From an uncultured Verrucomicrobiae bacterium (GTDB lineage: Bacteria; Verrucomicrobiota; Verrucomicrobiia; Limisphaerales; UBA11358), in the NCBI GenBank assembly GCA_963802965.1, contig CAWDKS010000003.1:274813-338812 (forward strand): a DNA stretch of 64,000 bases, read 5' to 3'. The notes beneath the pieces are model-generated. The model searched no databases. It was given only the letters and a program-made list of their open reading frames with translations, and was not told the DNA's origin. Below are positions 36,816-48,512 of the stretch, piece by piece. Every line of letters starts with the position of its first letter. Position 1 is the first letter of the stretch. The position numbers and the translations under genes are program-made.

Positions 36816-38057
36816 TCAATGTTCGGCTTTGATTCCCGACACCAAGTATTCATAAAGCTCCTTTTTCGACGTGCGCTTTCGCAACGTGCGAACGGCCACT
36901 TCATTGAATCCCGCCTCTCGAAACATCGCGGCAAATATCTGTTCGACCGGCAACAGCACATCATAGAACTTTGAATTGCCAACGATGTAATTTATCTGCC
37001 CGCCACCTTTCACAACTTTATGAAGCGCCTGAACGTGATGCGTCATGTCGTGAAAATATTTGTCAACATAGGTGGCCAATACACCGCTACGTGAACGAAT
37101 GTCCTGAATGATTTTGTCAAAAGGTTCAAATGGAATCGGCTTTGCACCATTGCGATTCCACTTTTGAAGATTACTCGTGGCACAACCCCATGTTCCACCA
37201 ATGGCCTCCCAGTCAAGTTCTCCTGCTTGCCGACCATTTGTCAAAAATCCGAGCCAATACATATAAGGCCGCAGTTCGCGGATGTAACTCATGCGATTCG
37301 GATATGGCGGCGACGTGATAACGCAATCATAATGGTTGTGTTTCAATTCTTCATCGAGTCGTCGCGCGTCCACGAGCGAAACAGACACGTCGGCTTTCAT
37401 TGGCGAATATGCCGCATCAAGAACATTTTTTGATGCCCGCTGCCAATTTGCTACGAAGTCCGATCTTTTGTCGTGAAACAGGCTTGGATGGGCTGGGGCT
37501 TTGAAAGACATGGATTGATGGCCGAAGCTGACGTTGGCTGTTTCAATCATCACACGGCAAAAAACAATTTTGAGCAAATTCGCCACCGCAAGCTCGTCCG
37601 TCTTGGCACGAATACCTGCCATTGCGTGCCCAAGCAACCTCAAGGTTTCGGCATCCCACCATTTTTCTATTTCGTGGATTGCTGGAATCCATTCGTCGCT
37701 GCTGCCATTTGTGGCTTTGGCAAGCACCGCCAAAGATGCGTCGGCAAAGTTTTCCAATTCAGCCGTGGGATAATTCGCGCATTTGGTTTGTGTCAGCCAA
37801 ATCAGAAATGGATTGATGTCAATTGTGTCTGCCCGAATGCCACGCTCGGCGCATACCAGAGCAGTCGTGCCAGTTCCGCAAAACGGATCGAGAACGACTC
37901 CATCCGAAAGGTCAATTTCATCAAGAATATCGCCGACGAGATGCACGGAGTAAGCAGGCGTAAGCCGCAGCCAGCCATAACGAGTATGTTTCAGATTTGC
38001 TCTTTGAGTCAGGCGTTCTGTAAATCCAAATCGCGGTTGTTCGATGACGGTATTCAT
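36816..38057 (-). CDS. type II DNA methyltransferase (N6-adenine or N4-cytosine)
   Basis: 413 aa. Motif I is VVLDPFCGTGTTALV and motif IV is CVITSPPYPNR, with motif I preceding motif IV. AT-richer than the flanks. Confidence 0.85.
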   Translation of the reverse strand: MNTVIEQPRFGFTERLTQRANLKHTRYGWLRLTPAYSVHLVGDILDEIDLSDGVVLDPFCGTGTTALVCAERGIRADTIDINPFLIWLTQTKCANYPTAELENFADASLAVLAKATNGSSDEWIPAIHEIEKWWDAETLRLLGHAMAGIRAKTDELAVANLLKIVFCRVMIETANVSFGHQSMSFKAPAHPSLFHDKRSDFVANWQRASKNVLDAAYSPMKADVSVSLVDARRLDEELKHNHYDCVITSPPYPNRMSYIRELRPYMYWLGFLTNGRQAGELDWEAIGGTWGCATSNLQKWNRNGAKPIPFEPFDKIIQDIRSRSGVLATYVDKYFHDMTHHVQALHKVVKGGGQINYIVGNSKFYDVLLPVEQIFAAMFREAGFNEVAVRTLRKRTSKKELYEYLVSGIKAEH

Positions 38058-38935
38058 CAGGTTGAAAGCAGAGCTTTGAGAACATTCTCAACTTCGCTTT
38101 TGATACGAGGCGAGAAACGAGTGAAGAAGTCTGCCAAATCGTAACCGACAATTTCGCGGCAAAAAGAATAAGCGCTGGTGGTTGTTGAATCAGAAAGATT
38201 GCCGGTTAGAAGAACCCAAAGATTTTCGCGGTAACGCTGTGCGACATCACCATCAATTTGCGTCGAGAACAAAAGTAGAACAGGAACGTATAAATTCGCA
38301 TATGCTTTGGAGGCGTTAGCAATGTCTGCGTTCTGACGCTTGGAATCCTTGCTTTTGTAACCTTGCCGCGTTTCAAAGACGATTCCCTTGATATTTTTCA
38401 GCGTGTCGGCAGGAAGTCGAATTTGATTTGCAACTTCAACGAGCCAATTTTGAACTTTGGCGCGGGCTTCGGCGTTTTTCACGTCGTTGAGCGCCACCCT
38501 GCCATCAAGCGTCAACGTGCGTTGTTTGCCACGTGCGCCGTCAATTTTGTAACTCCAAATTGCCTGTTCTCGGTTTAGACCGAAATGGTCCTGCAACATT
38601 TGATAAAATACCCACTGTCCACCAATTCCGATTTGCCGATAAATTGATGTCATTCCACCTGCCGCCTTGTGTGCCGCATACATCAGCGGCGAATCAACTC
38701 CGAACCAATGATAAAATGGGTCGGCACTATACAGTGCAGTAAATTGTTCCAATGAGAACCCTTCTTTTCGTCCCTTTCCGAACCTAGGTTTATATTCCAG
38801 GCATTTGCGAAGAGCAGTTTGAATCAGCAGAAAATAACGCTCGTCCTTTGAAAGATTTGAGGGCAATGGCGGTGGCGGGCCTGCATTCTCTTCGAGAACG
38901 TCCAGTTCGGATGTAATTTCGTGTTCGTCGTTCAA
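38057..38935 (-). CDS. putative type II restriction endonuclease partner
   Basis: 292 aa, coupled to the MTase with its stop overlapping the MTase ATG at 38057. The family is not identifiable by eye. The call rests on position and on composition shared with the MTase. Confidence 0.5.
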   Translation of the reverse strand: MNDEHEITSELDVLEENAGPPPPLPSNLSKDERYFLLIQTALRKCLEYKPRFGKGRKEGFSLEQFTALYSADPFYHWFGVDSPLMYAAHKAAGGMTSIYRQIGIGGQWVFYQMLQDHFGLNREQAIWSYKIDGARGKQRTLTLDGRVALNDVKNAEARAKVQNWLVEVANQIRLPADTLKNIKGIVFETRQGYKSKDSKRQNADIANASKAYANLYVPVLLLFSTQIDGDVAQRYRENLWVLLTGNLSDSTTTSAYSFCREIVGYDLADFFTRFSPRIKSEVENVLKALLST

Positions 38936-38980
38936 GCGTTTTTTTGCCGTTCAATTCAGGCGCATTGATTTTTAACAGAT

Positions 38981-39451
38981 TTACGTCATCGGCACGAGAG
39001 CGTTTTGAAAATTATTTTCTCCGAAAATCTGGTCGAGCATGACCTTGACGTAGTCGCTGGCGTGCCAGTCACAGTGGTGATAAAAGCTGCCGGTCTTTTT
39101 GAGGACGCGGGCCAGTTGCACGCAGCGCGGGCGCATGTAGTCAATATAGGCGCGGGTGGATTCGTGGCGGTCTTCAAAGGCGCGCTTCTCCTTGGTCTCG
39201 CCCCAAAAGACCTCGTAGTTGCGGTTGGAGTTGAAGGGCGGGTCAATGTAAATCAAATCCACGCAGGCGTCGGGCAGCTTGGCGAGCTGTTCCAGATTGT
39301 CGCCGCAATAAACGACGCGGGTGTCGAGGAGGCTGCTGGCGCGTAGCGGCGTTGGTGACAACGCGGATTCTTTGGCGTCGGCGTTGGGTTTCCGCGCCTT
39401 CACAGGCGCGGCTACGGTCGCGGAAGATTTCGCAGCGGCCTTTTTTGCCAT
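38981..39451 (-). pseudogene. N-terminal fragment of a beta-class DNA methyltransferase
   Basis: From MAKKAAAKSS. Contains VDLIYIDPPFNSNRNY (motif IV first) and LDQIFGENNFQN, then diverges (ALVPMT-stop) where NEIIW-type sequence and motif I should follow. Confidence 0.7.
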
Positions 39452-39655
39452 GCGGGGAGAATAATAGTTTTCAACCAGCTTGCAAGTTCGCGTCGCTGCC
39501 AATTGTTTTGCCTTTGATCAGGGACGGCGACACGCCGTCCCTCCCATTGAGCTTGCTGTCGCCCCGGCCGGGGCTTGATTTTTTTAATCGCACAAACCCA
39601 CGGTTTTACCGTGGGCTACCATCGGTCGCTGCTCCGCAGCTACAAATGGATGGCC

Positions 39656-42600
39656 CTAAAAACTCAACTGCAGGCTCACGGCCAGGGTGCGCGAGCGCGG
39701 AAGTTCGTTGTAAAGGTTGAGCGGGTTCAAACTGTAATTTTGACCGGCGATGTTGAGCAGGCCGAGCGTGAATTCAGCTTTTCGATGCAGGAAACGGTAA
39801 CCGGCAAACGCGTTGAATTGCCAGAAGTCAGCGCCCGGTTCACCGGGGGGAGTATAGCCGCTGTTGTTTTGACCATACCAATTGGCCTCTCCCCGGGCAA
39901 AGAAACCGCAGGGATGATTGTAAACCGCCGACAAACCCAATTCCTGTAAAACCCCCTTCATCCGCTGACTTGGAATTATCGGATTACTGATGGGTGGTGG
40001 ACTGACCGGCACATCGGGAAAATTGTCATTCAAAACCGCCTGGCTAATGAGATAGCGCGCGCCGAGCGACCAGTCCCGGCCCAGCAACTGGTTGGCGGTG
40101 AACAGCAGCGATTTTTCCTGGTAATCCAAATTCTCGCGCAGTCCTTGCGGAATGGGATCGTCAAACCCGTCGGGATAATAATTGAAGACGCCGTCAACCC
40201 GGTTCACGGTGGAGTTCAATATCTCGCCGGACAGGCCCAGATAAGTCCCGGTGCTGAATTTTTGCTCCAGCGAAAGGTCGTAGGTTTCAAATTTGGCCCC
40301 GGCATTGTCCCCGGCGATGGATTCAGGGATGATGCTGCGGAAGGATTGGACAAAGCCCGCCACCTGCGAAGGTTCCAGTTGATAGCTTTGGTCCACGCTC
40401 GCGCCGGCCAACGAGCGCGTGTAGGCAAAACGGACGGTGGTTTTGTCCAGCGGCGTCCAAATCAGGCCGGCTTTGGGCGAAACCTGATCCGCCGGCGTGT
40501 CGTTCCCGGAAATGGGCGCGCTCCGAAAATTTTCCGGGTAGGTGATATGGTCATAAGTCACACCGCCAATCAATTGCAACGGCTCGAAAATCCGCCATTG
40601 ATGATAGCCATAAAAACTGACGCGCTTGAACAGGGTAGTGAAGTCCTGTTCCGGCGGAGGATCCAGGAAATCAGCGGTGACGGGGACAGGATTGGCCTGT
40701 AAAACCGAAGTGTCAAAATGACCATACTGGATACGCGCGCCGACAATGGTATTGTGGACCGGCCCCTCCCAAATCTGCTGCAGTTCTCCCGAATAAATAT
40801 CCAACCTGTTCCAATAAAGTTCACTCGCCGTAATATTCTGCGCAGACTCGAAGGTGCTTAAAGTGGGGACGCCGATGAAATTGTTCGGAAAGACTTGAAA
40901 CAGGGAAGGCTGCGCGAAGTTGTTGAACGAACCAGTGTCGTTGAGACGGGCCGCAAAAAACAAAGTGTGGACCCCGGGACTCCATTCATGATGATAGCCA
41001 AGGCTTACAATTGGAGTTTGATTTTCCTTTGCGCGAAAAGTCGGGCTGGCCAGGCTTTGGTCGTAGTATTGGGACAGGTCTCCGCTTTCCGCCTCGTATT
41101 GCTGGACATTCACATAAACACTGTCCTGCGGCGTAAGCTGTTGCTTGACCGTCAGGAAAAATCGCCGCTGATAAATGTCGTCGTTCGGGCGCTGGCCCGG
41201 GTCGGAATGATAGGAGGCCTCAAAGTCATAGCTGAAATTCCCGAACGTCCCGAACTGCGCACCCGACTGGGTCCAGGCCCCGCGGCTGAGATATTCCGTG
41301 TCCGAAGCGACCCCAAAGCGATTGCGTGTGAACAACGGGGAATATTCCTGCTGTGAGATGGTGGGCGAGAACATGCCGGCGCTCACCGGGGCCAGCAAAT
41401 TGGCCAGCAGATATTCAGTCTCGGCGGGGGTTTCATAACGGAGATTAATCTCGTTCGGATCAACCAGTTCATGATAGCTGTCCGCCAGAAAATGATGCGC
41501 GGAGTAATTCGCGTAATCGTCATTCACCGCCCGGGAGGCCTCGCGCACGGCCACGTCATTCATGCCCGCGTCCCGATACATCGCCGCCAGATTCGCGCTG
41601 CGCACCGCCTGGTCCTGGTCCAGCAGCAGTTGCGAGCGATAGACGCTCCGGTTGTCATTCAATGACTGCGATTTTTCCAAATCGCGGATGGCGTCGTTGA
41701 TCCGGTTGTTTTCCTGGTTGAGCAGGGCGGAATAAAGCCACGGCGTCGGGTCATTGGGATCCAATTTTTCCGCGAGCTGGAATTCCCTGGCGGCGCGCGG
41801 AAAATCGCCCGCATCCGCATAAGCCTTGCCCAGATAGCTTCGCAACCCGGCGCGCTGCGGCTCGAGCGCCGCGGCCACCAGCAGGTCTTCGCGTCCGCCC
41901 CGGGCGTCGCCGCGGCGGATGCGGCACAGACCGCGACCCAGCCACGCGTTGCCGAGGGCGGAGTCCACGGCGAGCGCCTGGTCGAACCAGCCGATGGCTT
42001 CGCCGGCGCGATTTTGCGCCGCGAGCAGGAATCCCTTCAACGCGAGCGCCTGGGCATTGCGCGGCGCAAGGGCGAGGCTTTTGTCCAGGGCGTCGAGCGC
42101 CCGGTCGTTATGACCGAAACTAAATTCCAATTCCGCCACCCGCTCCCGGGCAAAACCGAAATCCGGCGAGTTGGTCGCGGCCTGCCGGGCGGAATCCAGC
42201 GCGGCCGGCAATGAAACTCCGGGGATGGCGCGCGATTGTTCGTAATAGGAGTCCGCCAGGAATTCCGCGGCCAGTTGTGGACGGACCGCCGCCGGGGCCG
42301 GCTGCCGCTTCACGGCGGCGATGAGCCGGCGCAGGGACAGGGCAATCCGTTGCGGACGGCTGGAGGCATTGGTGACGGACAAGGAAGCCAGCACCGTTTC
42401 GGCCGGTTCAACCTGTCCGACACCGAGAAGCAGGCCGGCATAATAAACCCGCTCCGCGTCGGAGCCGGGCTGCCGCCCGACCGGATATTGGGCCAGCGCC
42501 ACCGGCAGATCGCCCGCGCGGTAAGCCCGGAGGGATTCGCCGAGGATTTTTTGTTCTTCCGGTGTGAACGGCAAATCGTTCGGATCAATCACCGCCGGAT

Positions 42601-43279
42601 AGTAAAAGCACCATTGCAGGACGTTGTTGGCAATGAAACCCGCGGTGCGAACGGGCACTTTGCCCGGCTCGACGACGGCTTGCTGGCCGTTGGTCAGCAG
42701 CAGCGCGGCCTGTTCGTTGCCAAACCGGACCTTGCCGTCAATCACGGACATCGTGCTGCGCCAAGCGTCATCCGCCAGGACGAATTCCGTGCCCTCCACC
42801 CCGGCAATGGCGCCGCGGGTGATGACCCGGATGCGTCCCGGTTCGTCACGATGAAAAAACGAGAGGATGCCCCGGAACAAATGCAGTCCGCATTGCGCAT
42901 CGAATGAATCCGGCGGCAGCACTTCGACCTCCGTCAAAGCGCCGAAGGACACCACGCTCCGATCCGACCAGAGGAATGCAATCCGGCTGTTGGCGCCGGT
43001 GTGCAACCGGTCGAACGGATGCAGGATTTGGCCGGTTTGCGCGGGCGCCCAGATGGTGGCACCGCCGGGAGCGATCTCCGCCGTGCCTTGCAGTTCCACA
43101 ATCCGGATTTCGTTCGTGGCCGCGCCGCCGGCCATCGGCTGCGCACAACATACCCCGGCGCAAGCGAGCAAACCCCAAACAGTTGCGGTCGCCAAAAGAC
43201 CGCGTCCGGCTTTAAGAAACAAGTTCAAGCGTTTTAATCCCTTCACGCGTCTGAGTGATGAACGTGATGAGATAAGCAT
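39656..43279 (-). CDS. secreted FecR-domain / TPR / C-terminal beta-barrel (outer-membrane-like) protein
   Basis: 1207 aa. Signal peptide, then a FecR-like region (VELQGTAEI...GVEGTEFVL...VIDGKVRF) and TPR repeats at aa ~390-590. A long region with alternating beta pattern follows and ends ...RTLAVSLQLSF. Confidence 0.75.
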   Translation of the reverse strand: MLISSRSSLRRVKGLKRLNLFLKAGRGLLATATVWGLLACAGVCCAQPMAGGAATNEIRIVELQGTAEIAPGGATIWAPAQTGQILHPFDRLHTGANSRIAFLWSDRSVVSFGALTEVEVLPPDSFDAQCGLHLFRGILSFFHRDEPGRIRVITRGAIAGVEGTEFVLADDAWRSTMSVIDGKVRFGNEQAALLLTNGQQAVVEPGKVPVRTAGFIANNVLQWCFYYPAVIDPNDLPFTPEEQKILGESLRAYRAGDLPVALAQYPVGRQPGSDAERVYYAGLLLGVGQVEPAETVLASLSVTNASSRPQRIALSLRRLIAAVKRQPAPAAVRPQLAAEFLADSYYEQSRAIPGVSLPAALDSARQAATNSPDFGFARERVAELEFSFGHNDRALDALDKSLALAPRNAQALALKGFLLAAQNRAGEAIGWFDQALAVDSALGNAWLGRGLCRIRRGDARGGREDLLVAAALEPQRAGLRSYLGKAYADAGDFPRAAREFQLAEKLDPNDPTPWLYSALLNQENNRINDAIRDLEKSQSLNDNRSVYRSQLLLDQDQAVRSANLAAMYRDAGMNDVAVREASRAVNDDYANYSAHHFLADSYHELVDPNEINLRYETPAETEYLLANLLAPVSAGMFSPTISQQEYSPLFTRNRFGVASDTEYLSRGAWTQSGAQFGTFGNFSYDFEASYHSDPGQRPNDDIYQRRFFLTVKQQLTPQDSVYVNVQQYEAESGDLSQYYDQSLASPTFRAKENQTPIVSLGYHHEWSPGVHTLFFAARLNDTGSFNNFAQPSLFQVFPNNFIGVPTLSTFESAQNITASELYWNRLDIYSGELQQIWEGPVHNTIVGARIQYGHFDTSVLQANPVPVTADFLDPPPEQDFTTLFKRVSFYGYHQWRIFEPLQLIGGVTYDHITYPENFRSAPISGNDTPADQVSPKAGLIWTPLDKTTVRFAYTRSLAGASVDQSYQLEPSQVAGFVQSFRSIIPESIAGDNAGAKFETYDLSLEQKFSTGTYLGLSGEILNSTVNRVDGVFNYYPDGFDDPIPQGLRENLDYQEKSLLFTANQLLGRDWSLGARYLISQAVLNDNFPDVPVSPPPISNPIIPSQRMKGVLQELGLSAVYNHPCGFFARGEANWYGQNNSGYTPPGEPGADFWQFNAFAGYRFLHRKAEFTLGLLNIAGQNYSLNPLNLYNELPRSRTLAVSLQLSF

Positions 43280-43361
43280 GTAACACCTTTTCCTTCAACC
43301 TTTTTCGGGGTAGCGGTGTATTTTATTGTCAAAAGCAACAACAAACCTCATTACTTGTCTG

Positions 43362-43991
43362 ATGGGACAGACGATGGATGAACTGATTCCGACGCGCGCA
43401 ACTCTGATTCAACGCCTCAAAGACTGGCAGGATCAGTCCAGTTGGCAGGTTTTTTTTGAGACCTATTGGAAGCTCATCTACAACGTCGCCATCAAGGGCG
43501 GCTTGACCGCGGCCGAGGCGCAGGATGTTGTCCAGGAAACGATGATCTCGGTCGCCAAGCACATGCCCGCCTTCAAATATGACCCGGCGATTGGCTCTTT
43601 CAAGACGTGGCTCTTGAACATGACCCGCTGGCGGATCACGGACCAGCTCCGCAAGCGCGGGCCTTTCGCCGCCGGCCATTCATCATTCGAAGACACCGCC
43701 ACCGGCACCCGCACGGTGGACAAAGTGGCGGATCCGAGCGGGAGGGATTTGGACGCGTTGTGGGACGCTGAATGGGAAAAGAACCTGTATGATGCCGCCA
43801 TTGCCAAAGTCAAACGCGAGCTTGACCCGCAAAAATTTCAAATCTTCGACTTGTATGTGAACAAAGGATGGTCAACCGAAAAGGTGGCCGCCACCTTCGG
43901 CATTTCGGTTGACCAGGTTTATCTGGCCAAACACCGGACAATGGATTTGATCAAACAGGAAATCAAAAGACTGGAGAAAGAGGTCAACTGA
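43362..43991 (+). CDS. ECF-type RNA polymerase sigma-70 factor
   Basis: ATG at 43362. Contains AEAQDVVQETMISVAKHMPAF, FKTWLLNMTRWRITDQLRKR and WSTEKVAATFGISVDQVYLAKHR. Divergent from the FecR-barrel gene. Confidence 0.8.
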   Translation: MGQTMDELIPTRATLIQRLKDWQDQSSWQVFFETYWKLIYNVAIKGGLTAAEAQDVVQETMISVAKHMPAFKYDPAIGSFKTWLLNMTRWRITDQLRKRGPFAAGHSSFEDTATGTRTVDKVADPSGRDLDALWDAEWEKNLYDAAIAKVKRELDPQKFQIFDLYVNKGWSTEKVAATFGISVDQVYLAKHRTMDLIKQEIKRLEKEVN

Positions 43992-44079
43992 CCGGTGGCA
44001 GCAGCGGGTTGCAAGGCCGCAGTTTGCCAGCCCGGCCGAATCATTCCCGCCCCGGCCGGGAATTCCCTTCGGATTTTTC

Positions 44080-45651
44080 TCAAACGGCGAGTTTCAAATG
44101 CGTGAGGCGGAAGACGGCGCCCTTCGGCTCATTCGCCAGACATTCGATTTCCCAGCCGTGCGCGAGGACGATTTGCTGGACGACGGCCAGACCCAGGCCG
44201 GTGCCTTTTTCGTTGGTGGTGAAATACGGCTTGAAAATTTCCTGGCGGCGCCCGGGCGGCACGCCGGGGCCATTGTCGCGGATTTCGAGCGACGCCTCGG
44301 CGGCGCTGACGTGCCGCGCCAGAATTTGAATCTGTCCGCCCGCGTCCACCGCCTGGATGGCGTTGAGCAACAGGTTGAACAAAACCTGGCGCAACAACTG
44401 GTCGTCGGCCTCGATGGCGACGGGTTCGCCGCCGGTCTCCACGCGCAGTTTCTTTTCCTCGATGTCGTGGGTCAGCGTGCGCACCACCTCGTTCACGGCG
44501 GCGATGAGCGCGATTTTCGAGCGGCGGACTTCGCGCGGACGGGAGTAATTGATGAACTCGTTCAACTGCGCGGTGACCTTGTCGGTTTGGTCCACGATGG
44601 CGCGCGATTTTTCGCCAATCTCCGGCGGCGTGCCGGTTTGTTTGGAAATCATCTGGGCCATGCCGCGGATGATGTTGAGCGGATTGCGGGTCTCGTGCGC
44701 GAGGCCGGCGGCCGCCAGGTTCATTTCCCGGAGGTGCGAATTCATTTCACTGGCGCGGACGAGGCGGATCTGCAGTTGCGCGGTTTGGGAAAGGTTGCGC
44801 ATCGCCAGCCCCGCGCCGATCGCGGAAACGCCCGCGAAAAAGATGATGACGAAGCGCAGCCAGAGATCGTGGAGATTGACCGCCTGCAAGGACACCGTGG
44901 AAAGCGTAAGCACCAAGCCGTGCAATTCCCGGCTGGCCACCATGTCCTGATATTGCTTGTCGTCGAGATCGCGCGCCCAGAACGGACGGCGCGGCCGCGG
45001 CCCGCCCTCGCGCGGCTGGTCGGGACGTTCGCCCGGCGGCGGCGGTGGCCCGGCTTGGTCGGCGGCGGCATTCGTGTCCAAAGCATTGGCCGTGGTTGCG
45101 TTCAACACGTTCGACGTTCCCATCTCGCCGGGCCGGGGTTCGTGGCGCGGAAAATTTCTGAAGCCGCCGCGCATCGAGTTGGTGCGCGGCTCCAGAATCA
45201 ATGGCGCCTGCGAGTTGGTATTGCCCTCCGGGTTCAGGAATGCGCCTTCGACCGAATAAACCCGGGTCATGCTGCGCAAACCCCAATGCTCGCCGGCCTG
45301 AAGAATGTCTTTTTGCTCCAGATCAACCGGCCGGCCGGCGGAGGCGACCGGTTCACCGGCGGCGTTCAGCAACGTGATGGAAATCACCTCGCCCGCCGCC
45401 GCGCCGTTCGTGTCGCCGGCGACGAGTTCGCCCAGGACCGGTTCCAGCCGGTCGCGAAAGACCGCGCCGCGGAATTGCAGCCCGCGCACGACGGCGCCGA
45501 GCGTGTTGGCGATGGCCTCGGAACGTTTCCGCAAATCGGTCCTGGCGGCCTCGCGGACGCGGACGTGCTCCTCGACCTGCCACGCGACGACGAGCACCCA
45601 GACCCCCAGCAGAAGGCCGTAAATCAAGGTGCTGTTTCGTCTGGGTTGCAT
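44080..45651 (-). CDS. sensor histidine kinase (NtrB/AtoS-type H box)
   Basis: Two TM segments flank a periplasmic region. H box AAAGLAHETRNPLNII, followed by the N, G1 and G2 boxes (LLLNAIQA, DNGPGV, GTGLGL). Confidence 0.9.
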   Translation of the reverse strand: MQPRRNSTLIYGLLLGVWVLVVAWQVEEHVRVREAARTDLRKRSEAIANTLGAVVRGLQFRGAVFRDRLEPVLGELVAGDTNGAAAGEVISITLLNAAGEPVASAGRPVDLEQKDILQAGEHWGLRSMTRVYSVEGAFLNPEGNTNSQAPLILEPRTNSMRGGFRNFPRHEPRPGEMGTSNVLNATTANALDTNAAADQAGPPPPPGERPDQPREGGPRPRRPFWARDLDDKQYQDMVASRELHGLVLTLSTVSLQAVNLHDLWLRFVIIFFAGVSAIGAGLAMRNLSQTAQLQIRLVRASEMNSHLREMNLAAAGLAHETRNPLNIIRGMAQMISKQTGTPPEIGEKSRAIVDQTDKVTAQLNEFINYSRPREVRRSKIALIAAVNEVVRTLTHDIEEKKLRVETGGEPVAIEADDQLLRQVLFNLLLNAIQAVDAGGQIQILARHVSAAEASLEIRDNGPGVPPGRRQEIFKPYFTTNEKGTGLGLAVVQQIVLAHGWEIECLANEPKGAVFRLTHLKLAV

Positions 45652-45700
45652 CGGCGCGTTCAGTTAGACAGCGGGTGGAGAAAAATTCAACTTCATCCCG

Positions 45701-47011
45701 CTATTGTTTTTTCACCGGCACGCGTTCCAGGAAACGATCCAGCTCCTGCTCCGGAATTGAATTGGTGATGAGCGGCGCTTGGCCGGTTTCATTCGCGGTC
45801 AACGCGGCGAGCTGCGACGGCATCTGGACAATGTGCGGCGTGATGAACATCAGCAACTCGTCCTTCTGGTTCGAGTGGTTGCTGAACTTGAAAAGGTTGC
45901 CGAGTACCGGAATGTCGCCCAGCAGCGGGATTTTGCTCTCGCTTGTGGACTTGTCATTGGAAATGAGGCCGCCGATGACGACGGTCTGGCCGTCGGGCGT
46001 CACGACCACGGTGTTGGCGGAACGTTTGTTGAGATTCGGCGCAAACACGGCGGATGAAATCAAGCTGCCGCCTTGAATCACCTGGCCGGGCGTCGAGGTG
46101 TCAATGGACGTGATTTGCGGCTGGAGAATCATTTGCACCAGATTGTTCGCCCCGATGAACGGCGTGACGTCCAGTTGGATGCCGACGTTCTGATAGGTCC
46201 CGTTGATTTCCGGAACGGTGGCGGTGGTGCCGCCGACACTGGTTAAAGTGACACTGCTGGGCAGATAGATGCTTTGGCCGACGACAATCTCCGCCATCTG
46301 GCCGTCGCGCGCGAGAATGGACGGGCGCGACAGCACTTGCGCCTTGCCGGCGGTGGCGATGGCCTGGAGCGTCGCCGTGAAATCGTTGCCCATGATTTGA
46401 TATATCCCGCCATTCCCGGCCGCTCCCGTCAGGGTCTGGGGCAAATTGAAGTTGTTGTTCAAAGTGTAACTCTGGTTGACCGGGGTATAGCCCGAGGGAC
46501 CAATCGAGCCGGGAGTAGTGGCAGGAGTGGTAGAAGGATAATACATGTAATTGGTCAAATAGCCGGTGACCTGCGAAAAGTTTTTGCTGAAACCGGTGTA
46601 ATTGCCCTGAACCCCGAGGTCGAGCGCCTTGTTGTCATTCACTTCGAGGAAGACGGCCTTGATGAGCACCTGCGGTTCGGGCGCGTCGAGGCTGGCGAGC
46701 ACCAGGCGGATTTGCTCGCTGGTCTGCTTGTCGGCGATGACCATGATGTTGTGCGTCACCGGGTCCACGGAAATGATCGCGCTGCCCACCGTGCCGTTGT
46801 TGTTGTATTGGCCGCTGCCGCTGGTCGTGGCGCCGCGGTTTGCGTTGTTAAACGCGCCGCCGCCGCCGAACCCGCCAAAGCCGCCAAACCCGCCGAAGCC
46901 ACCACCACCACCGCCGCCGCCGGGACGGAATTGCGCATGGAGATTAAACGCGGCGCACAACAGAAAAATCAGAACGCCACCGAGATATTTTTGGAAACGA
47001 TTTGTTTTCAT
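45701..47011 (-). CDS. secretin C-domain protein (GspD/PilQ core) with its own signal peptide and Gly-rich N-terminus
   Basis: MKTNRFQKYLGGVLIFLLCAAFNLHAQ followed by FRPGGGGGGGGFGGFGGFGG. The secretin core is SRPSILARDGQMAEIVVGQ...IPLLGDIPVLGNLFKFS...ELLMFITPHIV. Confidence 0.85.
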   Translation of the reverse strand: MKTNRFQKYLGGVLIFLLCAAFNLHAQFRPGGGGGGGGFGGFGGFGGFGGGGAFNNANRGATTSGSGQYNNNGTVGSAIISVDPVTHNIMVIADKQTSEQIRLVLASLDAPEPQVLIKAVFLEVNDNKALDLGVQGNYTGFSKNFSQVTGYLTNYMYYPSTTPATTPGSIGPSGYTPVNQSYTLNNNFNLPQTLTGAAGNGGIYQIMGNDFTATLQAIATAGKAQVLSRPSILARDGQMAEIVVGQSIYLPSSVTLTSVGGTTATVPEINGTYQNVGIQLDVTPFIGANNLVQMILQPQITSIDTSTPGQVIQGGSLISSAVFAPNLNKRSANTVVVTPDGQTVVIGGLISNDKSTSESKIPLLGDIPVLGNLFKFSNHSNQKDELLMFITPHIVQMPSQLAALTANETGQAPLITNSIPEQELDRFLERVPVKKQ

Positions 47012-47044
47012 AATTTGCCCTTTCATTAAAAAATTCATCACGTC

Positions 47045-48478
<1,434 letters not shown>

Positions 48479-48512
48479 TTTAATTCCTGTTCTCTTAGTT
48501 GCATGAGCTTTT

